41,211 nucleotides of DNA, from contig CAUCYJ010000001.1 in assembly GCA_958446945.1 (NCBI GenBank), forward strand, positions 1 to 41,211. The letters are read 5' to 3'. Positions 28,377 to 38,040 of the stretch are shown here, one piece after another (the stretch's first letter is position 1; the number at the start of each line of letters is the position of its first letter). The translations under genes were made by a program, and so were the position numbers. The stretch is from an uncultured Lachnospiraceae bacterium (GTDB lineage: Bacteria; Bacillota; Clostridia; Lachnospirales; Lachnospiraceae). Under the pieces are notes generated by a model. The model was not told the origin of the DNA. It worked only from the letters and a program-made list of their open reading frames with translations, and searched no databases.

Positions 28377-29792
28377 CTATCGCTTCAGCCAATAATAAAT
28401 AGTTTCTGCCGCAGTTCCTGTGGCATATTTGTTCTGGAATTCATAAAGCGGCGTCTCTGTCCATGCAGTTCCCGCAATATCCAGATGAATCCACGGAAGT
28501 CCTTCTGCAAACGCGCGGATGAATAAACCCGCTGCAATCGTTCCGCATACGCTTCCACCGATATTTTTAATATCTGCCACATCACTTTCAATCATTTTTT
28601 CATGCTCTCTGCCAAATGGAAGCAACCAGTATTTTTCTCCGGATTTTTCACTTGCCGCCTCAAACTCCTGCCAAAGCCCATGATCATCACACAGCACTCC
28701 GGCAATACTGAACCCGAGCATATTCACAACTGCTCCTGTCAATGTTGCGATATCAAGGATTCTCGTCGCATGTTCATGATGGATGGCATATGTTACCGCA
28801 TCTGCCAGGATCAAACGTCCTTCCGCATCTGTATTTCCGATTTCAATCGTCTTACCGGAGTATGATGTAATCACATCTCCCGGAAGGAAACTTCCAGACG
28901 AAATTCTATTTTCACAAAGCGGCATTACCGCTGTTACATTCACTTTCTCTTTACGCTTTGCCAGTGCATAGACTGCCCCTGCAACCGCTGCTGCACCAGC
29001 CATATCGCCCCGAATTCCTGCCATGCCGGAAGCTGGTTTCAGACAATAACCACCTGTATCACATGTAACACCTTTTCCAACAAGAGCTGTTATTTCTTTC
29101 TTCAATGGCTCTCCCCGATAGCGCAGGATTACAAGATACGGAGGATACGCGCTTGACTCTCCCACTGCCAAAAGCGCTCCCATTTCCAGCTTGCGCATCT
29201 CATCTACCGTAACGATTTCTATTTCCACATTCGTATCTTTTACCAATTTCTGAATCTCTTCTGCAAAATCTGCCGGCCGCAGCTTATTTCCAGGACGATT
29301 TACCATTTCTCTTGCAAATGTAATTGCCTCAGTAATAACGGCTCCCTCCGCTACACATTGTTTTGCCCGTTCCAGATCTTTTCCCGGAATTCCAATTACC
29401 GATACCTGAAATTCTTTTTCTTCCTGCTGTGATTTATAGGTAGGCGCTTCATAAAGCCCAAGGCAGATTCCTTCCGTACATGCTGTCAGCACAGAAGCAT
29501 CATTTTCCTCAAGAATCCGATCCATCAAAATAGAAAACTGATATATTCGTGTCTGCTTCAGCGTTTTGCATGCTTTTGCCATCAACTCTTTCAGTATCGT
29601 TACGTTTGTCAGATCTTCCTTTCCGGTTCCCACAAAAAGAATCCCCTCTTCCTGCGGAAAATAATATGTCTCCAAATATTCTCCGTGAAAAGCTTTTTGT
29701 GCCTCTGCGTATTTAGATTCCTGCCAGTTATATTCTTCTCCGGCAAAGATTACCTGTGTTCCGATAATCTTTCCCCAAACAAATTCTATCAT
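28377..29792 (-). CDS. M17 leucyl aminopeptidase family protein
   Basis: VGKGVTCDTGG, DMAGAA, NTDAEGRL, HLDIAG. Confidence 0.92.
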   Translation of the reverse strand: MIEFVWGKIIGTQVIFAGEEYNWQESKYAEAQKAFHGEYLETYYFPQEEGILFVGTGKEDLTNVTILKELMAKACKTLKQTRIYQFSILMDRILEENDASVLTACTEGICLGLYEAPTYKSQQEEKEFQVSVIGIPGKDLERAKQCVAEGAVITEAITFAREMVNRPGNKLRPADFAEEIQKLVKDTNVEIEIVTVDEMRKLEMGALLAVGESSAYPPYLVILRYRGEPLKKEITALVGKGVTCDTGGYCLKPASGMAGIRGDMAGAAAVAGAVYALAKRKEKVNVTAVMPLCENRISSGSFLPGDVITSYSGKTIEIGNTDAEGRLILADAVTYAIHHEHATRILDIATLTGAVVNMLGFSIAGVLCDDHGLWQEFEAASEKSGEKYWLLPFGREHEKMIESDVADIKNIGGSVCGTIAAGLFIRAFAEGLPWIHLDIAGTAWTETPLYEFQNKYATGTAAETIYYWLKR

Positions 29793-29816
29793 CTGCTATT
29801 TCCTCCGTTCGTTTCT

Positions 29817-32300
29817 CTATACTGCTCCTGACTGAATCATGCGAAGCAGCATATCTGCTGTTCCTACATTATAACCTGCTTCTCCATAAATTCCTGTCAA
29901 ATCCTGTCGGAGTACAAGAATAAATGGATACATTCCCGGCTCTCGAAACATTCTGCGAGCAAGCTGTTCTGCCTGTCCATTTCTTTTCTCTGTCAGACAG
30001 TATACTGACTTCAATGTTTCCCGCAATTTCACATATGTCTGCTGCTGAAAATATTTCTCCTCCGCCACAATATAAACTGGTGTTTCGCCAAATTCTTCTG
30101 CACGTTCGATCAGTTCATTAAAAATGTGCTCTGTTGGTTCTTTACCCGGTTCTGCCCATATATAAATCCCTGCGTGTTTGGCTGCCTGAAAACTTTCCCC
30201 TGCTTCTGTTTGAAAAGAAAATTCCGGCAGCGGTATTTCTGAGAGCATTTCCGATAATGCTGCTTCTTTTTTCTCCAGAAAAACTTCTGTTCGGTTTCCG
30301 GAAGTGATCTTCTCATAACGCACTTTTGCAAAGACGTTTCCATTTGGCAGACGGTTTGCTGTGCAAATCCGATAAATGCCTTCCGGAACTTCTGTTTCTC
30401 TTTCAAGCGCCATTTCCTGACATGCCCGGAACTGACCATTTTTCAACAAAGCTACACTATAATCTGTACGATACTTCCAGTTCTTTGGACCATTCAGAAA
30501 AAGTATTCCTGTCTTTTCTCCTGTCAACCAGCAGAATATTTCTTTTTCCTCTTTGCTTCGATAAGCCTGTACTCGTCCGTCAATCGGAGACAATCTTGCC
30601 GGAATTCCCGCACACCGAAGGAGCGCTGTTTTCAAAATCTCCTTTGCTCCTACAGTTCCATATCCGGATTTTAGACAAGCGTGCGGTGTATTCAAAAGAC
30701 CCTTATAACATTGGGATTCTACTGTCTTTACTCTTGACTCCACATATTGCTCCACCTTTTCCGGGTCTGTTTGGAATGCGCGCATATCTTTCTCCGGCAC
30801 AATTGCTTTCAGTTCTTCCTCCCAACAAGTCAAGCGTTCAAGCCCAATTCTTGGCTGCAGCAGATAATTGTCAAATATATGCTTTGGATATCTTCCCTTA
30901 TATTTTCCTGCCCATTCTGCCTGTTTTTCTAAAACAGAAAAAGAGACTTCCCGCAAATCTTTTTCTGGAAGGAGATGACAGCTATCTTCTATCAATGCAC
31001 AGATCTCCTGCTGCTTTTCCTGATTCCCTTCCGAAAACTCTTCCTGATTTTTCAATCGCTCTTTCTCTGCCTTCCAGAAGGTATCGCGTTTTTTCTGCAA
31101 ATGTCTTGCTGCATCTGCAAGTTTTTCTTCCGCTGACTTTGCCTTTTTATTAAGATTCCTGCATCCCGGCGCAAAACAGTCCATCATCTCCCACGTACCT
31201 GTCTTCCATGGATTCCTGCGAATCTGAATTTGGCATCTCATATTTTCTTTTATCTGAACCAACTGTTCTCCATAACAGTCTCCACAGCATACACTAAGCA
31301 GCAATGTTCCAAAACCCGTCTGAAGTTCGCATTGCCCATACTCATTGGTTAACCCGTTAGCTATTTCAAGAAATGATGCATAATTCATCACTTCACAGTA
31401 AATCTTTGCATCCTTTACAGCTTTTCCTTCCTCGTCTGTAACTTCTATTTGAAGAAGTGCTGTTTCCCCATAACGTGAAAGTTCATTTAGCAGGATCGCA
31501 CATCCATCTTCTCCCGCCAATTGTTCTCCCTGCTGTTTTACTTCTGCACGTCCTCCAAAATACGGCGTATGGATCATCATTGCTCTTGAAGCTGCTCCAT
31601 CAAACCATCCCTGATTCAAAACTTCTTCCGGTTCACATGCCCCAAGATAATGCCATGTATCTCCACACCAGACTTCTACCCAGGCATGATTGTCATCGCA
31701 GTGAGACCAATGTGGCGCATAAACTTGCCGTGCCGGAATCCCCGCACTTCTTAGAACATTTACTACAAAAGTAGATTCTTCTCCACATCGTCCTTCTCCA
31801 CACCGAAATACACTCATAGCGGATGCTGTGCGGTCATCTTCCTGATGATAAGAAACCTCTCCGGCACACCAATAATTGATTTTCAAAACCGCTTCTGTAA
31901 TCTGGCTGACAAGATCATCACCTTTTCCTATTTTTTCTTGCAGAGCCGCTAACATATACTGCATTTCTTTTCCGAAAAACTTGCGGCATGGCTCAATCTC
32001 TTCATCATTTACCCGATGAAACAACACATAAGATGCAAAAAACTCTTCTGGGATCTTACTGGCAAAAATGTTATTTTTCCAAAGCTTTGCTCCCCATTCT
32101 GCAAAGTCTGCAAATATTTCCACCGGATAGTCAGCCATGTCGCTCAAAGGCATTCTCCCATACAGCAAGTACAAGGCATCTTTCACATCTCCGGAATACA
32201 TGGAAAGCTTTTCAGACACCTCTTCTCCAAGTATTCCAATTTCTGTCATCCGTCTTTGAAATTCGTCGATGATTTTCTTTCTGTATCCTTCTGAAAACAT
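29817..32300 (-). CDS. Large transglutaminase-like (PNGase-core-like) protein with a second, degenerate TGase repeat
   Basis: GRCGEE...GIPARQV...NHAWVEV...YLGACE; second repeat ALLRCAGIPARL lacks the nucleophile Cys motif; no signal peptide evident. Confidence 0.8.
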   Translation of the reverse strand: MFSEGYRKKIIDEFQRRMTEIGILGEEVSEKLSMYSGDVKDALYLLYGRMPLSDMADYPVEIFADFAEWGAKLWKNNIFASKIPEEFFASYVLFHRVNDEEIEPCRKFFGKEMQYMLAALQEKIGKGDDLVSQITEAVLKINYWCAGEVSYHQEDDRTASAMSVFRCGEGRCGEESTFVVNVLRSAGIPARQVYAPHWSHCDDNHAWVEVWCGDTWHYLGACEPEEVLNQGWFDGAASRAMMIHTPYFGGRAEVKQQGEQLAGEDGCAILLNELSRYGETALLQIEVTDEEGKAVKDAKIYCEVMNYASFLEIANGLTNEYGQCELQTGFGTLLLSVCCGDCYGEQLVQIKENMRCQIQIRRNPWKTGTWEMMDCFAPGCRNLNKKAKSAEEKLADAARHLQKKRDTFWKAEKERLKNQEEFSEGNQEKQQEICALIEDSCHLLPEKDLREVSFSVLEKQAEWAGKYKGRYPKHIFDNYLLQPRIGLERLTCWEEELKAIVPEKDMRAFQTDPEKVEQYVESRVKTVESQCYKGLLNTPHACLKSGYGTVGAKEILKTALLRCAGIPARLSPIDGRVQAYRSKEEKEIFCWLTGEKTGILFLNGPKNWKYRTDYSVALLKNGQFRACQEMALERETEVPEGIYRICTANRLPNGNVFAKVRYEKITSGNRTEVFLEKKEAALSEMLSEIPLPEFSFQTEAGESFQAAKHAGIYIWAEPGKEPTEHIFNELIERAEEFGETPVYIVAEEKYFQQQTYVKLRETLKSVYCLTEKRNGQAEQLARRMFREPGMYPFILVLRQDLTGIYGEAGYNVGTADMLLRMIQSGAV

Positions 32301-32319
32301 AACTCTCTGCTCCTGTATT

Positions 32320-33096
32320 CTATCTCTCTAAATGTTCCCCTGCTTTCTTTTCCAACTCATCCAGTACTTTTCTTGCTTCCTTCACGTTGTCTTCCGCTGT
32401 CTGCCAAATTTCATACTCACTCAAAGATGGTAACCCCATACTAACTTCTGATTTGCGATACTGCATCTGGCTATTTACGACAATTTTGCCTGACATATGA
32501 TAATCCAAAATCCCTGTTTCTTCATATAGACTGCGGATTACACCTGCATGAATGCCTCCCCCTGCAAGAATTTGAATTCTTCCATCTGCTTGCTGCTGTA
32601 GCTGTTTCAGAAGTTTTGCTCCCTTCGGCGCAGATTCCTGCTGCCCGGACGTTAATATATTGTGAATACCAAAAGAAACTGCCTGTTCGAGAACTTCTTG
32701 CGGATTCCTGCACATATCAAAAGCCCGGTGAAGTGTAACTTCGATTGTTCCTGCTTCTTCCAGTAGATACTTCATTCCTTCTGTATTTAATGTCCCATCC
32801 GGATTCAATATTCCGATTACCACACCATTTGCTCCATGTTCCCGAAACCATCGGATTTCTCTTGCCATCTGTTTCATCTCTTCTTTTGTATAACAAAAGT
32901 CTCCAAAACGTGGCCGGATCAAAACATTTATCCGAGTATCACAGATTTCTTTTACCTGCTCAAATAAAGCAAAGGAGGGAGTTGTCCCTCCAATAACCAG
33001 ATTACCACAAAGCTCGAGGCGGTTTGCACCGCCTCGAACTGCATTTTTCACAGACTCCAACGAATCTGTACAACATTCTAATACTCCATATCTCAT
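32320..33096 (-). CDS. cutC: CutC-family TIM-barrel protein
   Basis: LECC, RLELC..L..GGTTPS, IRPRFGDF, TLHRAFD, LTSG. Confidence 0.92.
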   Translation of the reverse strand: MRYGVLECCTDSLESVKNAVRGGANRLELCGNLVIGGTTPSFALFEQVKEICDTRINVLIRPRFGDFCYTKEEMKQMAREIRWFREHGANGVVIGILNPDGTLNTEGMKYLLEEAGTIEVTLHRAFDMCRNPQEVLEQAVSFGIHNILTSGQQESAPKGAKLLKQLQQQADGRIQILAGGGIHAGVIRSLYEETGILDYHMSGKIVVNSQMQYRKSEVSMGLPSLSEYEIWQTAEDNVKEARKVLDELEKKAGEHLER

Positions 33097-33097
33097 C

Positions 33098-33664
33098 TTA
33101 TACAGCTTTCTCCTTCCACATTTTACGAAATACCGGAATATAACATCCCAATGTGCATAACATCAATAACGCGCATGCAAAAATAATTCCATTTGCGATT
33201 TGTTCTGACATCTGCGGAAACAGTAATACAACAAACAGCACAACATAAATTGCTGCCGTACATACTTTTCCAAACCACATCGCTCCGTCCAGCTTCCGAC
33301 CGTTGTGCCGTAGCATCAGAAGTCCCATAATTCCCATGAACCCTTCTTTAATAAAAAATAACCCCACAAGAAGACACATCCATTTGTATTTCATTGTTAC
33401 ACACACAAATACCGCTCCCTGTGTCAGCTTATCTGCCAACGGATCAAGAAACTTCCCAAGTTCCGTGACCTGATTTAGCTTTCTTGCAATCTTTCCATCA
33501 AACAGATCTGTTAATCCGGAAATTCCAATGGCTGCCGCTGCATAATAGTATTCCATCACAGTTTCTGCATGCAGATATAAATATACGAAAACCGGAATCA
33601 TAATCAACCTGAAATAGCCGAGCAGATTCGGAATCGTAAACCACTCTTCCCGCTTAAATTTCAT
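33098..33664 (-). CDS. CDP-alcohol phosphatidyltransferase (second PgsA-like paralog)
   Basis: TIPNLL, DLFDGKIARK...LGKFLDPLADK. Confidence 0.88.
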   Translation of the reverse strand: MKFKREEWFTIPNLLGYFRLIMIPVFVYLYLHAETVMEYYYAAAAIGISGLTDLFDGKIARKLNQVTELGKFLDPLADKLTQGAVFVCVTMKYKWMCLLVGLFFIKEGFMGIMGLLMLRHNGRKLDGAMWFGKVCTAAIYVVLFVVLLFPQMSEQIANGIIFACALLMLCTLGCYIPVFRKMWKEKAV

Positions 33665-33707
33665 AACTCTTCTCCTCCCTGCATCAGAAACCTTATATCT
33701 GCTGCCC

Positions 33708-34307
33708 TTACATACTTCGATACAATGCCGTCAGAATATCAAGCATCTCTTCTTTCTTCATCTTACTGCTGTCAAGGCAGAGATGATACTGCTCCATATC
33801 CATCCAATCCTGATCGGTGTAATAATTATAATAATACCGGCGCTGCTTATCCATCTTACGAATTAGTGCCTTCGCCTCTTTCAAGTCACACTGTTCCCGC
33901 CTCATAACAGTATTAAGACGCGCCTCCAGCGGCGCATGGATAAATATACTTTTCACAGAATCACAGTCCTTTAAGATTGCATTGGCACATCTTCCAATGA
34001 TAATACAATCTTCTTTTTCCGCTAATTCTCGAATCAACTTATCTGTCTCACCAAAAAGCACATCGTTCATCGGCTCAAACCTGAACTTTGGCTCCATCTG
34101 GTACTCATCATTTACAGGGTACAGCCACATACTTGCGCGCTTTTCGTCTACTTTCGCCAGTTCCTCATATGGAATATCTTTTCGCTCAGAAATAATCTTC
34201 AAAAGCTGCTTATCATAATAGTGGATACCAAGCTTCACTGCAAGAGCCTTTCCGATCTCTCGTCCGTCACTTCCATAAGTTCTGTTAATTGTAATGACTC
34301 GTTTCAT
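33708..34307 (-). CDS. Cytidylate-kinase-like family protein
   Basis: ITINRTYGSDGREIG, IIGRCA, DKQRRYYY, YHLCLDS. Confidence 0.85.
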   Translation of the reverse strand: MKRVITINRTYGSDGREIGKALAVKLGIHYYDKQLLKIISERKDIPYEELAKVDEKRASMWLYPVNDEYQMEPKFRFEPMNDVLFGETDKLIRELAEKEDCIIIGRCANAILKDCDSVKSIFIHAPLEARLNTVMRREQCDLKEAKALIRKMDKQRRYYYNYYTDQDWMDMEQYHLCLDSSKMKKEEMLDILTALYRSM

Positions 34308-34403
34308 ACAAACGTCCCCCTTCCACGCCACTATGCGGATTATATATAGTTGTGATGTCTGTATTATAACATTTTTTGTATAGATTTACCATAATTCACC
34401 TAA

Positions 34404-34445
34404 AAAAATAAAAAACAGATACCGAATCTCTTCTTTGTATCTGTT
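34404..34445 (-). terminator. Intrinsic terminator downstream of rnpB
   Basis: AACAGATAC / GTATCTGTT stem with a long A-run (U tail on minus strand). Confidence 0.65.
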
Positions 34446-34512
34446 AATCTTAACCGTATATAATCTGTCCGAATACGAGCCATCTTTGGTCTAATGATCC
34501 ATAGTGAAAAGA

Positions 34513-34866
34513 TATCTAAGCAGGACGATAAGCCGGGTTATGTCGTTGGACAATCATCTATCTAGAACTGACGTTGCCGACAGTCTCAAGCGACCTACCT
34601 AAAACGTGACGGGCCGCCACATTGTTTTCGTTCGGTCTTGCTTCGGATGGGGTTTACATGTGCCCCCGCTGTTACCACCGGGGCGGTAGTCTCTTACACT
34701 GCCTTTCCACCCTTACCTGAGTCTCCCCAGGCGGTTTATTTCTGTTGCACTGGCCTTAGAGTCACCTCTACCGGACGTTATCCGGCATCCTGCCCTGTGA
34801 AGCCCGGACTTTCCTCACCTGCGACCTTTCGGTACATGCAGCCGCGATTGTCTGTCCTACTTAGAT
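34513..34866 (-). ncRNA. rnpB: RNase P RNA, bacterial type A
   Basis: Minus strand contains GAGGAAAGTCCGGGC near the 5' end and ACATAACCCGGCTTA near the 3' end (P4 pairing). Ends TCTAAGTAGGAC / GTCCTGCTTAGA form P1. Internal AGTGCAACAGAAA and GGTAAGGGTGGAAAGG motifs are present. Confidence 0.95.
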
Positions 34867-34887
34867 TTATTTCTTTCACTGAGTTAT

Positions 34888-35856
34888 TTATTTTACCATA
34901 AAATCACTTGGTTGTAAACATGCCTGACGGAGAAATTCTGTCATAGCTCTGCTCATGTATTTTCCCTGTTTCCAATAAAAACAAATATCTCTTTCTACTT
35001 CATCTCCGTCTAACTTGTAGTAAATTACATCCGGATGCGGCGGAACACGGCGAATCAGTGTATCACTGACAAACGAAATTCCCATTCCGGAACAGGTAAT
35101 GTTATAAGAAGTTACCTGCTGATCAAGTTCCAGCACAACTTTCGGTGAAAATCCATGCTCTTTGCAGATTTGAATTGCTCTCTGCCGCGTATCGTTCTCC
35201 TGCTTCAGAAGAAGAAATGGAGCCTCTTTAAATAATTCCAGCGGAACTGCTTTTGTTCCCTTTTGAAATTTTGTTCCTTTCCCACTCCCATTTGGAATGA
35301 GCTGATATGACGTAAGCCCTTCATTCTCTTTTAAATGCCGTGGCACTGCCAAAAGCAGATGCTCTGTCCGATACAGCTGCGTACCGAATATAGTTTCATT
35401 AAATCTTGAATTATCCACCACAATATCTAACAGTCCTGCTCCAAGAAATTTTTCTAGATTTGCGGTTGTTTCTTCAACTAATTCAATCGTAACTTTCGGA
35501 AAGCGTTCTGTAAAATTGCCGATCAGCTTCGGCAGAACATAAGAAGAAAAAAGATTACTTCCTCCAAGACGTAAATGTCCGGTACGAAGCTCTCCATAAT
35601 CTGAAATGTAATTGGCAAAACTGTTCTGCACAGCAATGATTTCTTCTACCGCACCGATATATCGGGCGCCACATTCTGTCAGCTGGATTGGATTCGTACT
35701 TCTGTCAAATACCGGATAGCCGATCTTCTGTTCAATTCGCTTTACATTCGCACTCAGCGACGGCTGTGAAATAAATAATTTCCTGGCCGCTTTCGAAAAG
35801 CTTTTCTCCTTGTACACCTCATAAATATATTCCATTCCCTGAAAAATTTCCTTCAT
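34888..35856 (-). CDS. LysR-family transcriptional regulator (divergent from aspA)
   Basis: KSFSKAARKLFISQPSLS HTH followed by a LysR substrate-binding domain. Confidence 0.93.
   Translation of the reverse strand: MKEIFQGMEYIYEVYKEKSFSKAARKLFISQPSLSANVKRIEQKIGYPVFDRSTNPIQLTECGARYIGAVEEIIAVQNSFANYISDYGELRTGHLRLGGSNLFSSYVLPKLIGNFTERFPKVTIELVEETTANLEKFLGAGLLDIVVDNSRFNETIFGTQLYRTEHLLLAVPRHLKENEGLTSYQLIPNGSGKGTKFQKGTKAVPLELFKEAPFLLLKQENDTRQRAIQICKEHGFSPKVVLELDQQVTSYNITCSGMGISFVSDTLIRRVPPHPDVIYYKLDGDEVERDICFYWKQGKYMSRAMTEFLRQACLQPSDFMVK
34890..34918 (-). promoter_or_regulatory. rnpB promoter embedded in the last codons of the LysR gene
   Basis: Minus strand TTTACA-17 bp-TAAAAT with extended -10 TG. 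Confidence 0.6.
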
Positions 35857-35911
35857 AGATTTCTCTCCCCACTTTTATGATACCTCAAGCACATTAGTAT
35901 AATATAGAAAT

Positions 35912-35966
35912 TATATTTATTATAAAAATATATGTATTTGATTATACTATAGCATCAACGTATACT
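35912..35966 (+). promoter_or_regulatory. LysR-type box and aspA promoter
   Basis: Inverted repeat TATATTT-N7-AAATATA (35912-35932, contains T-N11-A); TTGATT-17 bp-TATACT (35938-35966). Confidence 0.55.
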
Positions 35967-36008
35967 AAGAGCAAGAAGAAAACCAAAATCTGGAGGAAAG
36001 AACGAATT

Positions 36009-37436
36009 ATGGTTACGAAAGTAAATTTGGACGGAAAAAATTATCGTATGGAAAAAGATTCTATCGGCGTGAAAGATGTTCCGGAAAACGTCTACTATGG
36101 AGTACATTCTCTGCGCGCTGCTGAGAACTTCCATATCACTGGACTCTATATGCATCCGGAGATCATCCGCAGCCTTGCATATATCAAAAAAGCTTCTGCA
36201 ATTACTAACTGCGAAGTAGGAACATTGGACAAGTCCATTGCTGAAGCAATCTGTAAAGCATGTGATGAAGTTATTGCAGGTAAATTCCAGCATGACTTTA
36301 TTGTAGATCCGATTCAAGGCGGCGCAGGTACTTCTTTAAACATGAATGCCAACGAGGTAATTGCCAACCGCGCTATCGAGCTTCTTGGAGGTCAGAAAGG
36401 TGATTATTCTATCGTAAACCCTAATGACCATGTAAACTGCGGTCAGTCTACAAACGATGTTATTCCTACTGCAGGAAAAATGACTTCTTTAAGATTGCTT
36501 GAGAATTTAAAGAAAGAATTAAAAAGACTTCATGACGCATTTTGTGAAAAAGCAAAAGAATTTGATCATGTAATCAAGATGGGACGTACTCAGATGCAGG
36601 ATGCGGTTCCGATTCGTCTCGGTCAGGAATTTCAGGCATATTCTGTTGCTATTATGAGAGATATCCATCGTATGGAAAAAGCAATGGACGAAATGCGTAC
36701 ATTAAACATGGGTGGAACAGCTATCGGAACCGGAATTAACGCAGATAAGGGCTATTTAAAACGCATTGTTCCAAACTTATCTGAAATTTCCGGAATGGAT
36801 TTCGTTCAGGCATTTGACTTAATTGACTCTACACAGAGCCTTGATCCTTTCGTTGCCGTATCCGGTGCAATCAAAGCCTGTGCCGTAACACTTTCTAAGA
36901 TTGCCAACGACCTTCGTTTGATGTCTTCCGGTCCTAGAGCCGGATTTGGCGAGATTAATCTGCCTGCAAGACAGAACGGTTCTTCTATTATGCCAGGAAA
37001 AGTGAATCCGGTTATTCCGGAAGTTGTTAATCAGGTCGCTTTCAATATTATCGGAAATGATATGACAATCACTATGGCTGCTGAAGCAGGACAATTAGAA
37101 TTAAATGCATTCGAACCAATTGTATTCTATTGCCTTTTCCAGTCTATTGATACATTGGCATATGCTGTTGAAACCTTTGTTGACAACTGCGTAAAGGGAA
37201 TCACAGCAAATGAAGAACGTTGTCGTTATCTTGTAGAAAATAGCATCGGTGTCATTACTGCGATTTGTCCTTATGTTGGATACCAGAAAGCTGCTGACAT
37301 TGCAAAATCTGCTCTTCAGACAGGTTCTTCCATCCGCGAATTAATTTTAAAAGAGCACCTTCTCACAGAAGAAGAATTAAACAAGATCCTTGATCCTGTT
37401 AATATGACAGAGCCTGGCATCCCAGGAAACAAATAA
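36009..37436 (+). CDS. aspA: Aspartate ammonia-lyase
   Basis: GGAGTSLNMNANE, QSTND, GRTQMQDAVP, GSSIMPGKVNP, QLELNAFEP. Confidence 0.93.
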   Translation: MVTKVNLDGKNYRMEKDSIGVKDVPENVYYGVHSLRAAENFHITGLYMHPEIIRSLAYIKKASAITNCEVGTLDKSIAEAICKACDEVIAGKFQHDFIVDPIQGGAGTSLNMNANEVIANRAIELLGGQKGDYSIVNPNDHVNCGQSTNDVIPTAGKMTSLRLLENLKKELKRLHDAFCEKAKEFDHVIKMGRTQMQDAVPIRLGQEFQAYSVAIMRDIHRMEKAMDEMRTLNMGGTAIGTGINADKGYLKRIVPNLSEISGMDFVQAFDLIDSTQSLDPFVAVSGAIKACAVTLSKIANDLRLMSSGPRAGFGEINLPARQNGSSIMPGKVNPVIPEVVNQVAFNIIGNDMTITMAAEAGQLELNAFEPIVFYCLFQSIDTLAYAVETFVDNCVKGITANEERCRYLVENSIGVITAICPYVGYQKAADIAKSALQTGSSIRELILKEHLLTEEELNKILDPVNMTEPGIPGNK

Positions 37437-37468
37437 ACCGACAAATCTCATAGAGCATCACAAATAAG

Positions 37469-37518
37469 CAGGGCCGGCATTTCACACATTGAATGTGAAA
37501 TGTCAGCCCTGTATTTTT
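37469..37518. terminator. Intrinsic terminator between convergent aspA and rnhA
   Basis: CAGGGCCGGCATTTCACA...TGTGAAATGTCAGCCCTG stem, T-rich tail on the plus strand. Confidence 0.8.
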
Positions 37519-37541
37519 CTATAATTCCGTAATTCTTCCCA

Positions 37542-38021
37542 TTACTCTAATACTCCCGCATCAATGATCAGATTGTCTGAATCCGCTGCTGTCGTTGCTA
37601 ACGTATCACATCTTTCATTTTGTGGATGCCCATCGTGCCCCTTTACCCAATAAAATGTTACTCGGTGATTTTCTTTTGCCTTCAGAAGTCTTTTCCATAA
37701 ATCTACGTTCTTTACCGGTTCATTTTTTCCTCGCTTCCATCCTTTTTTGAGCCATCCGTCAATCCAATGCTGATTAAAAGCATCCACGACATATTTAGAA
37801 TCGGAATAAAGCTCTACTTCACATGGGCGGTTCAGCGCTTCCAACCCTGCAATAACCGCCATCAATTCCATCCGATTATTCGTTGTTCGCACATATCCCT
37901 GAGATAATTCTTTTACATGCAGATTCCCTTTGGAATCTACATATTCCAACACGGTTCCATAACCTCCCGGTCCATCCGGATTTCCTCTCGCTGCACCATC
38001 CGTATAAATCTGAACTTTCAT
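37542..38021 (-). CDS. rnhA: Ribonuclease HI
   Basis: [33 protein letters not shown]. Confidence 0.96.
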   Translation of the reverse strand: MKVQIYTDGAARGNPDGPGGYGTVLEYVDSKGNLHVKELSQGYVRTTNNRMELMAVIAGLEALNRPCEVELYSDSKYVVDAFNQHWIDGWLKKGWKRGKNEPVKNVDLWKRLLKAKENHRVTFYWVKGHDGHPQNERCDTLATTAADSDNLIIDAGVLE

Positions 38022-38040
38022 ATTGCCTCCTTTTATCTCA

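Noticed and set aside
30326..31153. 275-aa plus-strand ORF and other antisense ORFs (3603-4160, 7139-7723, 18210-18722, 23625-24089, 35955-36317)
   Set aside because: Shadow frames of well-supported genes on the opposite strand, with no recognisable motifs.
32320..33096. Choline TMA-lyase CutC
   Set aside because: Name collision only: this is the 258-aa TIM-barrel copper-homeostasis CutC family, not the glycyl-radical enzyme.
34638..34901. 87-aa plus-strand ORF
   Set aside because: It is antisense to the RNase P RNA gene and therefore spurious.
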